From Felis catus (taxonomy: Eukaryota): a stretch of DNA of 64,000 bases. Both the position numbers and the translations under genes were made by a program. Positions 49,445 to 62,235 of this stretch are shown here, one piece after another (the first letter of the stretch is position 1; every line of letters begins with the position of its first letter). The notes below the pieces were generated by a model. The model was not told where the DNA came from. It ran no database searches and worked only from the letters and a program-made list of their open reading frames with translations. The DNA lies in the NCBI RefSeq assembly GCF_018350175.1, contig NC_058368.1, forward strand, positions 131,814,001 to 131,878,000, in the 5' to 3' direction.

Positions 49445-49670
49445 GGGGCGCCTGGGTGGCGCAGTCGGTTAAGCGTCCGACTTCAGCCAGGTCACGATCT
49501 CACGGTCCGTGAGTTTGAGCCCCGTGTCAGGCTCTGGGCTGATGGCTCAGAACCTGGAGCCTGTTTCTGATTCTGTGTCTCCCTCTCTCTCTGGCCCTCC
49601 CCCGTTCATGCTCTGTCTCTCTCTGTCCCAAAAATAAATAAAAAACGTTGAAAAAAAAATAAAATAAAAT
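49445..49670 (+). mobile_element. Young felid CanSINE
   Basis: TSD AAAAAGAGGAAGAG / AAAAAGGGGAAGAG. Confidence 0.95.
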
Positions 49671-50130
49671 AAAAAGGGGAAGAGAAAGAAATGCGAGATA
49701 TATACCGTGGGTAACTTGGTCTCTGAATAAAGAAAATTTGCAGGTATTATCTCTTTGGTATGGAATATCAGATGACTAAGCTATGGAGCAGTCCCAATTT
49801 TAATGAAGTTTGCATGCTAACTTGTACTAGAACTTGCTTTTTATTTTGTATATGTTCTTTCCTAAGCAGTCATTCTACTCTCAAACATATGTTACTGTTG
49901 TAGCCAGATGCTGCAAGAACTGCTATGTGCCAGACAGTGCTAGACTCCAGGAACATGAAAATAAAGGCACATGTTCAAAATGTAGTATATGAGTGCAATT
50001 ATAAACAATTAATTACAATTTAGTATGTCGAGTGCCCTAATAGACGTGTCTACAAATTATTATAGATGTTAGGTAGGCAATATATATTTCTGGGAAAGTT
50101 CAAAATACCAGGTCAAAAAATAGTTGAATG

Positions 50131-50325
50131 TGGGGCACTAGGGTGGCTCAGTCGGTTAAGCGTCCGACTTCTGCTCAGGTTATGATCTCATGGCTCGTGG
50201 GTTTGAGCCCTACATCAGGCTCTGTGCTGATGGGATTCTGTCTCTCTCTCTCTCTCTCTCTCTCTGCCCCTCTCCCCACTCACACTGTCTCTCTCTCTCT
50301 CTCAAAAATAAATTAACATTGAAAA
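50131..50325 (+). mobile_element. CanSINE
   Basis: TSD core AGTTGAATGT. Confidence 0.9.
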
Positions 50326-50708
50326 AAAAGAGTTGAATGTCCAATTGCCATTTTTGTAGATCAAGAATGGACAAATGTCATCAATTTCATAAATTATACC
50401 CTAATGCTAGAAAGATAAACCATTTTTTGGAGCCACTATTGGAAAGAAATAATATTTTAGCATTAAGTCCAATCCTTGAAATTAGTGTTGTATAATACCC
50501 CAGTGTAGACTAGATGGTTTATTTTACTGCCTTTATCTGTTACATTTAAAATTTTGGAATAGTAAAAATTATAATGTAAACCATACCATCATTTGGCATT
50601 TCTGGCAAGCTTCTACTTTTCTTCTGTTTGGGTCTTTATAGCAAGGATTTTTGGATATTTTGAACAAAACTGTTTCTTGGGCTGTTTGAACTAAAAAAAA
50701 CACTTTTA

Positions 50709-50934
50709 TTTTTTTTTTTTAATTTTTTTTTCAACGTTTATTTATTTTTGGGACAGAGAGAAACAGAGCATGAACGGGGGAGGGCCAGAGAGAGAGGGAG
50801 ACACAGAATCGGAAACAGGCTCCAGGCTCTGAGCCATCAGCCCAGAGCCTGACGCGGGGCTCGAACTCACGGACCGCGAGATCGTGACCTGGCTGAAGTC
50901 GGACGCTTAACCGACTGCGCCACCCAGGCGCCCC
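50709..50934 (-). mobile_element. Young felid CanSINE
   Basis: TSD TAAAAAAA(A)CACTTTTA on both sides. Confidence 0.95.
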
Positions 50935-52520
50935 TAAAAAAACACTTTTAAAATGCCCAGTTAGTTCATTGAGAACCTTAATCCATATCCAAGGAATCAC
51001 CTTCAAAATAAAACAAACAAACAAAATCCTTGAACTTCAATTATATACTTCAGAAATTTGACAACCCTACTGTTTTTACAATTAGATTTCAAATGGAAGA
51101 CAGGAAGCAGTGAAATGCCCACATGGGGGAGATTCTCCTGTCAAAATGGAGAAAAAGCATTTGCATCTCTTTAGAATGTATTGATTTGTATTATGCTTGA
51201 GAGTTACATTCTATTGATCTGGTAGTATCACTTGTTTTTGGAGAACGGAGTTGTATATTTGAAATGTAGCGTTGAGATTATGTGCAGAAAAACATTTCTT
51301 AAGTTATTCAAGCATTTGAGGAAGTATTCTCTACCCTGGAACAAATCTAGTCACATTGAAGAGTTGTGAAATTCATTGCCTTCCTACTTTCTTTGTCTAT
51401 ACATTGTGAATTCACCTATCAATTAAATTGGCAAAATACAGAAGAAAGAGGCCACTCAAGATGCAAAGATCTTTGTTGAGCACAAAGTTAAAAACACATG
51501 AAGTTGCACAAGGGCCTGAGGGAAACTTAGAGTTAGTGATTTTATTTTTTCCTCCCGTCTTTTTTTTCTCTAGTTTTACTCTTTGTATCCTTTCCCCCCA
51601 AAGTGTTCAGAGATTTTACCACCTTTCAGGTATGGCTTCACTTTTGCACATTATTTTGAGTTTCTCCTTTGTACCAAGCACTGTGCTAGGTCCCAGGATG
51701 CTCAGATTAGTAAGTCCGAGTTTCTTCACAAGTTGCTTAGTGTCTAGTAGAGACAGCTGTATGAACAGATAAGGGCTGTGAAGTGTTCATAGGTGCTGGA
51801 GCCAGAGAATCGTTTTGTTATTCCACAAATATTTCTTGTTCTACAGTGTGACCAGACCACTGATTTGCCAGATCAATTTATTTCTCGAATTTAACCTCTA
51901 CAACAAAGCTGCAAGATATAGTCTGTATTATGATTCCCGTTTTACAAAAACAAACAAACAAACAAACAAAAACCACTGCACTTAAAGAGGTTAAGTGATT
52001 TGTGTGTAGAAAGTGGCAAAGCTGGTGCTTGAACCTGTTAATGGTCTGACAGCCCCTCCAGAGCCCAGAGAACAGTTGGCCGGGGCCAGCTTACTTGTGT
52101 CCAGCTGAAGTGAAACTCTCACATCGAATGTTTCTAGCAAAGGTATGACATCATGTTAGAAATATTATTCTACATAAGTGTAGGGGATGGGCTGGAAGAA
52201 GGAGATCAAAACACAAAGACACATTAGTAGATTATTAGTCCAAGGAAGAGGTAATAAGGGTTAATCCACTAAAGTAGTATCTATGGGGATGGATTTAGAT
52301 GATAAGGAAGCAAAAGATTTGGATATAGGAGACCCAAAGGAGAAAGATATATTCCAGATGACTCCTAGGCTTGTGGCTTAGATAACTGGCTGAGTGGTGG
52401 TGATAGGTATTGAGACAGGAATCCTGGATGTCCCTAGTGGTCCCCTCAGACATTTTTGTCCTTTTGTCCTTTCTGATCTACCTCAGTGTCCTGCCCATAA
52501 ACACACTGAATTGCCTCTTT

Positions 52521-52890
52521 TATTAGTCAGCTTAAGTTAGGTTATGCTATGATAACAAACAATCCCAAAATCTCAGTGGTTTAAAACTAATGTTTGTTCT
52601 TTTGTTCTGGCTACATCCTGGCATGATCTGTGGATCTGCTGCATATCACTTACATTGAAGGGTCCAAGATGAAGGAAAAGTCTCTGGCCGAGAGGCACGG
52701 CAGAGGAAAAAGAGGGACGATGGAATCATATGCTAACTCTTAAAGCTTCTACTTAGATGTGGCATCTATCACCTCACCATTTTGTTGGTGAGAACAAGTG
52801 ATGTGGCCAAGCCTGGTGGCTCTGTGGTGAAATAGAAACGTTTTACAAGGTAGAGCAGTAAATGCTTAGAAACAATAATGAAATCTCCTC
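52521..52890 (-). mobile_element. Old MLT1-type LTR
   Basis: TATTAGTCAG...AGGTTATGCTATGATAACAAACAATCCCAAAATCTCAGTGG. Confidence 0.7.
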
Positions 52891-53199
52891 CAGGCTTTGT
52901 CCTGTAACCAGGAATTGCTATAAATACTTGTAATTGTGTAATAAATCTAGTCATTGTCTTCCTGGTAGGACAGAAAAAGACAAACATTACTTAACTGCCA
53001 TTATCTGAATTTAAAAAAGAAGGATATCAATTTCTAATTATTATATGCTTTTTAAAAAATACAAAATTCTAAAGGAAATTCTATCTTACCCATGTGTCCA
53101 AAAGGGGTGCAGAAGAACATGATGAGTATCTTCCACAAGTTTCACCAAAGATACAGAAATACTTCATGTGCACATAATATTAAATCATAATTTTTTTAT

Positions 53200-54060
53200 T
53201 AGCTATCTTAAGGATCCTTTGGTTGTGGGGAATAGAAACCTACTCAAAAACTCATATTTTTCTATAAAGTGATTTTACATATAAATAAACTAAAGGGATT
53301 TCTGCATAAAAGAATAGAAGAGTTGCACAGAATCCAAATAAAAGAATTGCATACAGGCCTGACAGGAATGGCTGTTGTCACAAACTTATGTTTCTCTCCT
53401 TCTGCGTTCTCAACTCTCCTTTTGTCTGTTCATTTGTTCTCTTCTACAATCTTGTGTTTTCTCAGTAGGGCTCTTGCCTGTTGTCTCCTGCAGTTCAGCC
53501 CTTCAGAAGTAATTGCTTAGATTTCTGTGTCCCAAAGCCTGACTTCTCAGAGAGAGAATCTTACTGCCTTGGCTTGGGTTAGCCATCCATTGAGTTATGT
53601 CATTGGTGGGGACAGTGATGGTGGAGGGGCTCTTAGAAAGCCATGAGATATGCAGGTGTGACAGAGATGCTATGTCCCTCCATCTTCCACTACCCTACTT
53701 ATTTAGTAATGAGAACCCAAATATTTAGATGGACTCTTGACCGCCTCATCAGATGACATTCACCATACTTCTTTGTAGCCGGGCAAGGCCTTGTGACCGA
53801 ATTCTTGCTGATGAAATGAAACAGAAGTGTATCTGACTCTCAGGCAGTCTTTTCTAAAGGAAAGAGGGAGGGGGCTAGCCTTAGCAAAACAGAGAGATTG
53901 AAAGAGCCTGGGGCCTTAAAATCCTCATGGAACCACAATTCCAACTTGGATTGCCTATCTCTGGAGTTTTTCTGTGTGGGATAAAAGAACCTTCAAGTTA
54001 TCTAAGTCACGTTATTGGAGTTTCTATTAAGTGTAGCAGAACCTGAACCTAACTGATAGA
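53200..54060. mobile_element. Two adjacent old MLT1-type LTR fragments
   Basis: CTTTGGTTGTGGGGAATAGAAACCTACTCAAA near 53220; LTR-like end TGTAGCAGAACCTGAACCTAACTGATA near 54050. Confidence 0.55.
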
Positions 54061-54651
54061 ATAAGGCTATTTCTTCCACGGCTAGGAGTAGGGTAGATTC
54101 CCTATATGGGGATGTAGGCAGAGAGGAAATGAATAGCTGCTTCATTGTTTTTAATAGGTTTCTTAGTTGGTTTTCTTGTTGTTCCTAGAGGAGAATCATA
54201 TTAATTATTGACACCCAACAGCTTCACTACTCTTCTCACTTTTGGCTGATCACCTTGCTTCTTATTTCATTACGGAAACTGAACCAGTGAGAGAAAGTCC
54301 TCATTTGCCCGCCACCAATCTACCCATCTGCATCGGAATTTCTATGCTTCTTTCTAAAAAAGGCAACCCCTGTACTCTGTGCTCTGGTCCTCACACCCTC
54401 CGCTTTCTTACACACTTTGGCCAAGCTATTTACCTTACTCTAGTGGCTCACTTCAAAGGCAGCATACTGTTCTTCTTGCTGTTTCACAGACATGCCAAGC
54501 TCATTCCTTTTTCAGGCCTGTGCACTCTGAGTTACCTCAGCTTGAAAGTTTCCTCTCTAAGATAGTCTTAGTAACCATTCCTTCTCTTCATGCAGTTCTT
54601 TGCTCAAACAAACATCTTTACAGACCACACTATTTAAAATAACTCCCTCCA

Positions 54652-54872
54652 GGGGTGCCTTGGTGGCTCAGTAGGTCGAGCCTTTGACTTTTGGTTTTGG
54701 CTTAGGTCATGATACCATGGTTCATGAGGTCGAACCCCACATTGGGCTCTGCGCTGCCAGTGCAAACCTGCTTGGGATTCTTACTCTCCCTCTCTCTCTC
54801 CTCCCCGACTAATGCTCTCTCTCTCTTTCTCTAAGTAAATAAACTTTAATTAATTAATAATTAATTAAATTA
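54652..54872 (+). mobile_element. CanSINE with a (TTAA)-rich tail
   Basis: TSD AAATAACTCCCTCCA. Confidence 0.9.
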
Positions 54873-55034
54873 AATAACTCCCTCCATGCCTACCAAGAGT
54901 GCGTATTCGAATAACCTAAAGACAAATTTTTAAACTTTGTTTGGCTTTTACAAAATGCATGTGGTAGGACCCACCCCCCTCAAAAAATGAAAACACAAAG
55001 AAAAAATCATTCAGCAAGTCTAGCATGTGATTTT

Positions 55035-55240
55035 CTCATAGTTTTTGTAGCCAAATAATTAGTGTTGAAAATATACATGTTACGTAACCTTTTCCTAAAT
55101 GTTGGGAGCATAGGTGAATAAAGGTAAATAAGGTTAAAAATTAAGTTTGGATCCAGATTATTTGTCTTTTTTCAGTGCTAGGCTCAGATGTTTGTAGAAG
55201 ACAAGGTCACTCTATTCTAGGAAGATAAAGTAAGTGGGTC
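55035..55240 (+). repeat. Diverged direct duplicate, copy 1
   Basis: Shares TAACCTTTTCCT..ATGTTGGGAGCATAGGTGAATA..GTAAATAAGGTTAAAAA and AGAAGACAAGGT with 57018-57220. Confidence 0.9.
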
Positions 55241-55634
55241 CATTCTGCCAGCCAAAATCAGTTTTCTACAAGTTCTATAACTTTTTTTAAGAACGATTGC
55301 CTTAGTGTTTCATCAACATTAATCTAAATGAGTGGATTTTGTTCTCTTTTGTTCACCTTATTGAATCTTTGCCTTTATTTAAGCTTGTCTTTTTAAAAGT
55401 AGACACAATATAAATTATTTGGTAATGACCTACTTTGGAGAGGAATCTCACAGAATTCATTACAGTTCTTTCCTACCTTTTTGCCAACTTTGATATGTTA
55501 GTAATATTTGATCCCTCTTCTCTCCTTAGTCTTATTGTTTAGATATTGCTACACTCTGTGTATTATTAGTTCATTCAATATATATGTGTATTCATGTTGA
55601 TTTCAATGTGTTTACTATTTAAATGCACCTACAT

Positions 55635-55850
55635 GGGGGCACCAGGATGGGTCAGTTAGTTGAGCACCCGACTTCGGCTCAGGTCATATTCTTGTGGTTT
55701 GTGAGTTCGAGCCCCGCATTGGGCTTGCTGCTGTCAGTGCAGAGCCCACTTTATATCCTTTCTCCCTCTCTCTCTGCCCCTTCCCATGCTTGCATTCTCT
55801 ATCAAATAAAAAAAATAAATAAATAAACATTAAAAAAATAAGTAAAAACT
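55635..55850 (+). mobile_element. CanSINE
   Basis: TSD TAAATGCACCTA. Confidence 0.9.
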
Positions 55851-56244
55851 AAATGCACCTATGTGAATGTTATAAATAGGATTTCCATTATTATTTTGAA
55901 GTATAAAAGTAGCTTACTAGATTTTTAATATTATTTTATATTTGATTTGTTACTTTCACTCACTTAAATTTTTCCTTTATTTTAAAGATCCTTAATGCAT
56001 TTTCCTGCTATTGCTAACTGCTAATTTTGTCATGTCAACTAGTCTGCTTTCTGTTTTCAAATTTATGGTATTGACTTAGCTGCTTCTTTAAAGAATTATC
56101 TTATTTAAACAGTCTCAAATTTATTACATGATCATGGGTAGGTCTCTCTTCCTACTGAAAAGCACTTTTCTTGTGGTTAAAGGTAGATTAATTGGCATAT
56201 GAGCTTAAGTACCAAATCCTTTCTCTTTAATTTGTATTTTCACT

Positions 56245-56247
<3 letters not shown>

Positions 56248-56291
<44 letters not shown>
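56248..56291. repeat. (AC)n microsatellite
   Basis: About 22 perfect AC units. Confidence 0.92.
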
Positions 56292-56294
<3 letters not shown>

Positions 56295-57017
56295 CTTAAC
56301 AGATAGGAAATTAGACTTGTCCTTTGCTGCATATTTGATTTTCTTGGTTCTGTGAAAAAGGATGTTTTCTTAACTTCAAAAATTATATAATGACTTCCTG
56401 TTAATTTTTCTTCCTTTTAGATAAGCACTTACTTTTTTAGTCTTATTAATCATTACAAATTAATAGGAAATTTCCAGATATGCTTATTTGTTCACAAGAC
56501 TGACAGTGACGTGAAATATCTTAAAGACAGTCTTTGTTAAAGGGAGTTAAAAAGAAAACCCCTTGGCTTGGCTTCCAACAGTTTAGAAAGATATCATGTA
56601 GGCCTCATACAAAGGCTAGAGTGTCGTAGTCCTTTTATTTTATATCCTGCTGCTGTGTGGTAAGACTTGGTTTTAGATGTACTAGGTATGTACTTGCCCA
56701 GTCACCTAGAAAAAAGGATATGTAGCTGACCTGTGAAAGTACATTTAGTGTGATAGAAGGTAAGAATGTCTGATCCTGATGCTTCTAGAGAGTAGCCCAG
56801 AAATTGAAGACCAGGATAACATTGCAAAGTTATTAGCCAGCCTTAATTGTTTGGCGTTATGTTCATTATTATATTCTCAGGTACGATTTACCAGTATTCC
56901 AGTGGAGTTTTAAAAATTATGCTTTCTGCATTTTATTGTTTTAACCTCTGCTGGGTAGTATGAAAAGAATTTTGGAACAAAATGTGTTTACATTTTAGCC
57001 AATATTTAAAGGTTTTG

Positions 57018-57220
57018 CTCGTAGTTTTTGTAGCAAATGAATCAGTGATGAGAATACACATATCACTTAACCTTTTCCTGTATGTTGGGAGCATAGGTGA
57101 ATACAAGTAAATAAGGTTAAAAAGCAAGTCTGGATCTAGATTATCTGTCTCTTACAATGTTAGGCTCGGATGTCTGCAGAAGACAAGGTTATGCTCTTCT
57201 AGAGAGACAAAATGAGAGTC
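57018..57220 (+). repeat. Diverged direct duplicate, copy 2
   Basis: Colinear with 55035-55240, roughly 80% identical by eye. Confidence 0.9.
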
Positions 57221-58109
57221 CTTTCTTCTAACCTAGCTAGCTTTGCTTCTAAGCTGTGCCAGTGAATAGCAACAATTTTAAGTAGGAATAAGGGGACATA
57301 ACACCTGTTACAGTACGTAAGCCCAGCCTGCAACAAAAATGAAGCACCTAACAGCCTGGCCTCCAGAGGGGGTTGCAACCCAAGGATGGTAGGATTGCAG
57401 CACCACTGCTTTGGGTCTTTTGTGCTGTGGCTCTAGGATGGAAGGATGTCTGCATCACTTTGATTCATGGAGTCTTAAAGTCTTAAGATAATAGAGAGCC
57501 TTTTATAATGTGGAAAGGCTCCTATTAACATAATTTTCACAAAATACTGATAAAATACTCTTTATTCCAACAAAAAAGCATAAAAGGAATGTTTCTGTAT
57601 GAGAAAATTAATTTTGCTTTGTTTTGGCTAAAAGTTTCTAGAGTAACATTTGAAGAATGTCTGTAAGTTCATACTGTATGTACCTGTGAATGGTTCTTTT
57701 TTAGAACACTGTGGCTGCTGAATTTTTGATTAATATCTGGCACCTAAGCCAGGTTAAAACAAAATACAAACAATTGAACCCCCTACAAAGCTATGAATCT
57801 GACATGGAAATAGGTTATGCCAAAGGATTCACCTCATCTGGGTTGTTTAAGGTTGAAAACTCTGTTTCCAGGCAGAGCAGTTGCCTAGCCTTAGGGTATT
57901 ATTGCCTGTTACAACATTCTTGTTCCGCTTCACATCAGCCAGGTTCTGTTCAGTTCACTTTTTGATGTTGCTGTTACCTTTCTGTTTCAGATTCTTAGAA
58001 CAGAAAGCAATTGTTATTTGGAGCTATGATACCTTGAACTAAGGATACTTAAATATATGCTGGTTATGACCCTCTAGAACATTACATACCTATTAAATCT
58101 TACAGAGGA

Positions 58110-58840
58110 AAAAAATAGATGGCTAATGGATACAGAGAGGTATCAATGGAACGGAATACAGAGCCCAGAAAGAGACTCACATATATAGTCAACTGATAAC
58201 TTGACCAAAGTACAAAGACAGTTTGATTAAGAAATGATAATCTTTTTAACAAATGGTGTTAGAGCAACTGAAGGTCTGTGTGCAAAAAAATGAACATTGA
58301 TACCTACCTCACACTGTATACAAAAATTAACTCAAAATGGATCATTGACACTGGGGCTCCTGGGTGGCTCAGTTAAGCATCTAACTCTTGATCTTAGGGT
58401 CATGAATTTAAGCCCCACGTTGAGCTCCACAATGGGTGTGAAGCTTACTTTAAAAAGAAAAAAAAAAAGGATCATGGACTTAAAAGTAAAACTTTTAAGC
58501 TTCTAAAAGAAAACGTAGGAGAATATCTTTATGGACTTGGTTATGTTAATGAGTTTTAGATACAAAAAGACGTGAAGTGCACTAATAAATTGGACTATAT
58601 CAAAATTAAAAATTTTGGCTTTGAAAAAGATGCTTTTAAGGAATGAAAAGACAAGCCACAGACTGGGAAGCAATAGTTGCAAATTATATGTCTAATAAAA
58701 GACATATCCAGAATATATAAAGAATTCTGAAAACTCAACAATAAGAAAACAAACCAATTTAAGAAATGGACAAAAGATCTGAGCAGATATTTCACCGCAG
58801 ATATATGAGGCAAGCAATATATGAAAATATGTTAAATGTG
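58110..58840 (+). mobile_element. L1 ORF2 fragment
   Basis: CAATGGAACGGAATACAGAGCCCAGAAA, CAAAAATTAACTCAAAATGGATCA, GAATGAAAAGACAAGCCACAGACTGGGA. Confidence 0.85.
58353..58468 (+). mobile_element. Short CanSINE without CT repeat, inserted in L1
   Basis: GGGGCTCCTGGGTGGCTCAGTTAAGC head, A tail; TSD-like GGATCAT(T/G)GAC. Confidence 0.82.
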
Positions 58841-59339
58841 CATCCTTGCTGACATGGACCACCATTGCAGACAAGGGTTTAAAATTTCTATGTATTATTA
58901 CATCACATTTTAATATATAGTGAATAAGGAGCTAGGAAAACAAGGTTAAAGCTTATCTGTTTTTCAATTTGGAACTTGACTAATTACATCTACCTACAAG
59001 GAACCCTAGGGCTTACAGTCTAATACTGGCTCTTAGTTTTGTATTTTACACAAAATGCCAGAGTTACCCACCAAAGCATATGAATAGAGTGGTTTTGCAA
59101 AGAGACTAAGGGGAGAATGGTGAGGCCAGACACCTTTCTAATCTTCCTTCAGCTGTACTTGCAAAGTTTAACTCATCCAAGATTACTCTCCAAGCAATGG
59201 ACAATCCAGGATTTAAACACAGATATAGTTCATTTAACTGCCATTTTATACTTCCCCTGAGATGAGGCATAAAGAATGGTGGGCCAGGATACAGACAGTA
59301 CATGCAAAGGGATTGATGAGAGTTTGATATCCTGATAGT

Positions 59340-60110
59340 TGTGGGAAGTTAGGTATACAGGGACAGACATCTGCAGGAATTATGGTAGAAAGTTTTAGAG
59401 AAGTAAACTGGGGCCAGATCAAGATGGGCCTTGTATGGCATATTTAGAAACTGGACTTTGTCCTTTAGATGGTGGGAAACAATGTAAAAGTTTTAAAATT
59501 GTAAAGTGACATGATTAGCTTTTTGTCTTAGAGAGATCATTGTAGTAGTAGCATGGAAAATAAACTGGAAGGAGACAAGACTACAGGTTGAGGAGATCAA
59601 CCAAAGACTGCCTTAATAGTCCAAGTGCAGATAAGTTACAGTGAAAACCCAGACCAAAACAGTCGTTCTGTGTGCAAGGTAATTTGCATTCAGCAAACAT
59701 TCTTCCAAACATCTACAATATGCACGTGGTGGATAGAAAGATAAAGAAAAGATACTCCCCCTGCCTACAAAAAAGCTCTCAGCTGAGCCAAACAGATAGT
59801 CATCTGTACACAATGAACTCTATATAAAGCAGAAGTTCAGAGAAAGTACAGTAGCTTCATGGAGAAGGGAGAGATTAATTTTGATATTACGGATCAGGAA
59901 GTCTGCATGTATGCAAAGTAGATAGCATTAATACTAGGCCTTGAAGAAGGGGTAAAGTTTGAATAAGAGGAAATGGGTGGGGAAGGGAATTTCCAGTAGA
60001 GGAAACTGAGAAAAGTGAGGAACAATTTATGTGAATAGAGGAGAGGATATCGTTGGAAATAAAGCTGGAAAGATAGGTTGGGACCAGATCATAAGATACT
60101 TTCCAGGATA
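59340..60110 (-). mobile_element. L2 fragments
   Basis: GGGGCCAGATCAAGATGGGCCTTGTATGGCAT...AGTGACATGAT; CATTCAGCAAACAT. Confidence 0.55.
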
Positions 60111-60412
60111 GTAAAGTGCAAATATAGCTCATTTTGCTTGATTTCTGTGTTTATTCAAGTGTACAGAAACACATAGATCATCTTTTTTCACCTAGAGTAA
60201 AACAATTTGAAAGATTCAAGGTTGGGTGAATAATGGATTTCTACATTTTTGGACAGGAGATATATGAGTAGGAGGGTTTGGTGGGGTTACTGTATTAGAC
60301 AATTATGTTTTACTTTCTATGACTTGCAAGTGAACACTAAATCCCTATAGTAAATGAGGTGGTAGTTTAGGGAGAGGAATGAATCTACCTAGTGACAAAA
60401 TGAGAAATTTTA

Positions 60413-60610
60413 GGGGTGCCTGGGTGGCTCAGTCAGTTAAGCCTTCAACTTCAGCTCTGGTCATATCTCTAGGTTCGTGGGTTCAGTCCCTACATCGGGC
60501 TCTTTGCTGCCAGGGTGGAGCCGACTCAGGATCCTCTGTCTCCTTTTCTCTGCCCCTTCTCACCCACCCCCCTTAAAAATAGAGAAACATTAAAAAAATT
60601 TTTTTTAAAG
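60413..60610 (+). mobile_element. CanSINE
   Basis: GGGGTGCCTGGGTGGCTCAGTCAGTTAAGC head and A tail. Confidence 0.88.
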
Positions 60611-60888
60611 AAAAATTTTTATTTCTAGCACTATAATAAAATTTTTATATAATTAACATTATTTAAATTTAATAACAGTTGAGGATTATACAATCATTTA
60701 TTCTAAATGAGATATGAACAAGTCAGCATTTCTAAATGTTTCCTCACCTATAAAATGTGATTAATACCTGCCCTTCCTGTCTTAATAGGGTTGTGGTCAG
60801 TCATGTCAGATGAAATAATGCATATGAGACTGCTTCTAAAACATGATGCCATTGATGGCCTATGATTATAGAGTTTAAAGTGCCTTTG

Positions 60889-61047
60889 AGGGGCCCTTGG
60901 GTGGCTCAGTCGGTTAAGCGTCTGACTTCGGTTCAGGTTATGATCTCGCGGTTTGTGGGTTCAAGCCCTGTGATGGGCTCTGTGCTGACAGCTCAGAGCC
61001 TGGAGCCTGCTTTGGATTCTGTGTGTCTCTCTCTCTGCCCCTCCCCT

Positions 61048-61100
<53 letters not shown>

Positions 61101-61125
61101 AATGAATAAACATTAAAAAAAAATT
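60889..61125 (+). mobile_element. CanSINE with expanded (CT)n
   Basis: Full head; TSD core GTGCCTTTG. Confidence 0.9.
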
Positions 61126-62190
61126 TTTAGGTGCCTTTGGTGCCACACAATCCAGCCTTCTGATTTAACAGCCTTAGAACAGCTCACTTTCTGGTAGCTC
61201 CTTCCAATCAGGCCATATTCCAAAATAAAATGAAAAATTAATGCCAGGTAATTGACAGTGGTTATTGAGCAAATACAACAACCACAGTATCTAAGGGGAT
61301 GTATGTTTTTAAGAGGTATGACACCACTGAAATAGAAGAGATGAACCCAGTCCATGGTGACAGTTTGGGGACACAAGCCAAGTATACCTAGAGAGAAAAT
61401 TAGACACTACTGCCCTTCATAAACATGCTGGCTCTCCCACCTCCCACATCCTCTCTCTTGACTTCAGAGAATGTACTTTACATCAGATGTGATTATTGCC
61501 TAAATCATGCTGTGTAAAACATTGGACACATAAAATTACTTAAAATAATACATTAAAAAGTACAAAATGGTGCAGACAGACTAGGTGCTCTAAATGCATA
61601 GGAAATCCAAGTAAAATGGTGTTGAGTCAGATGAGGTTAATTAGTTTTCCTGAAGGTTTGTTTTCAGGCACGTTTATACTGCCAACCGCAAGACCGTAAA
61701 ATGGAGTAGGTAGATTATGGGAGTAATTTTGTAAGTAAAAGAAATAGTCTCTTCTAAGATAATGAGTTTGCTAATTTATTACATTTCACTTAAATTGTTA
61801 ATTACTATCTTATTTCATTTGTTTCACTTTGAATGTTCATTAAAAAATGGAAGTATTATTTTTGAGAACATCCTGTTTATACTAAAAACTTAATGACAAC
61901 TGCATAAAACAAAAATAGCATGTGTCTACAAATGTGATTACGGACATGTTCACTTAAGAAAACAAATTTAAAAGATAAAATTCTAACTTTAGTTAGTGTA
62001 TCCAACAGTTTTATTTTAGAAAGATAAATGTCCTTGCTGAAAATTCAGTGATGACATTTATTGCTTAGGAAAACATGTTGCTATAATTTTCCTTCTATGT
62101 GATTTTTAATATAGCACTTAGAGAAACACTTCAAATCTTACTAAACAAAACAAACATAAAATATCACTTTTTAATATGAAGTACTGGCAA

Positions 62191-62235
62191 AAAATAAAAT
62201 AAAATAAAATAAAATAAAATAAAATAAAATAAAAT
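62191..62235. repeat. (AAAAT)9 microsatellite flanked by a TSD
   Basis: Lies between two AGTACTGGCAA copies. Confidence 0.9.

Noticed and set aside
57357..57376. CTCF-like TGGCCTCCAGAGGGGGTTG
   Set aside because: Lacks the GGC end of the core; cannot be supported without PWM scoring or ChIP data
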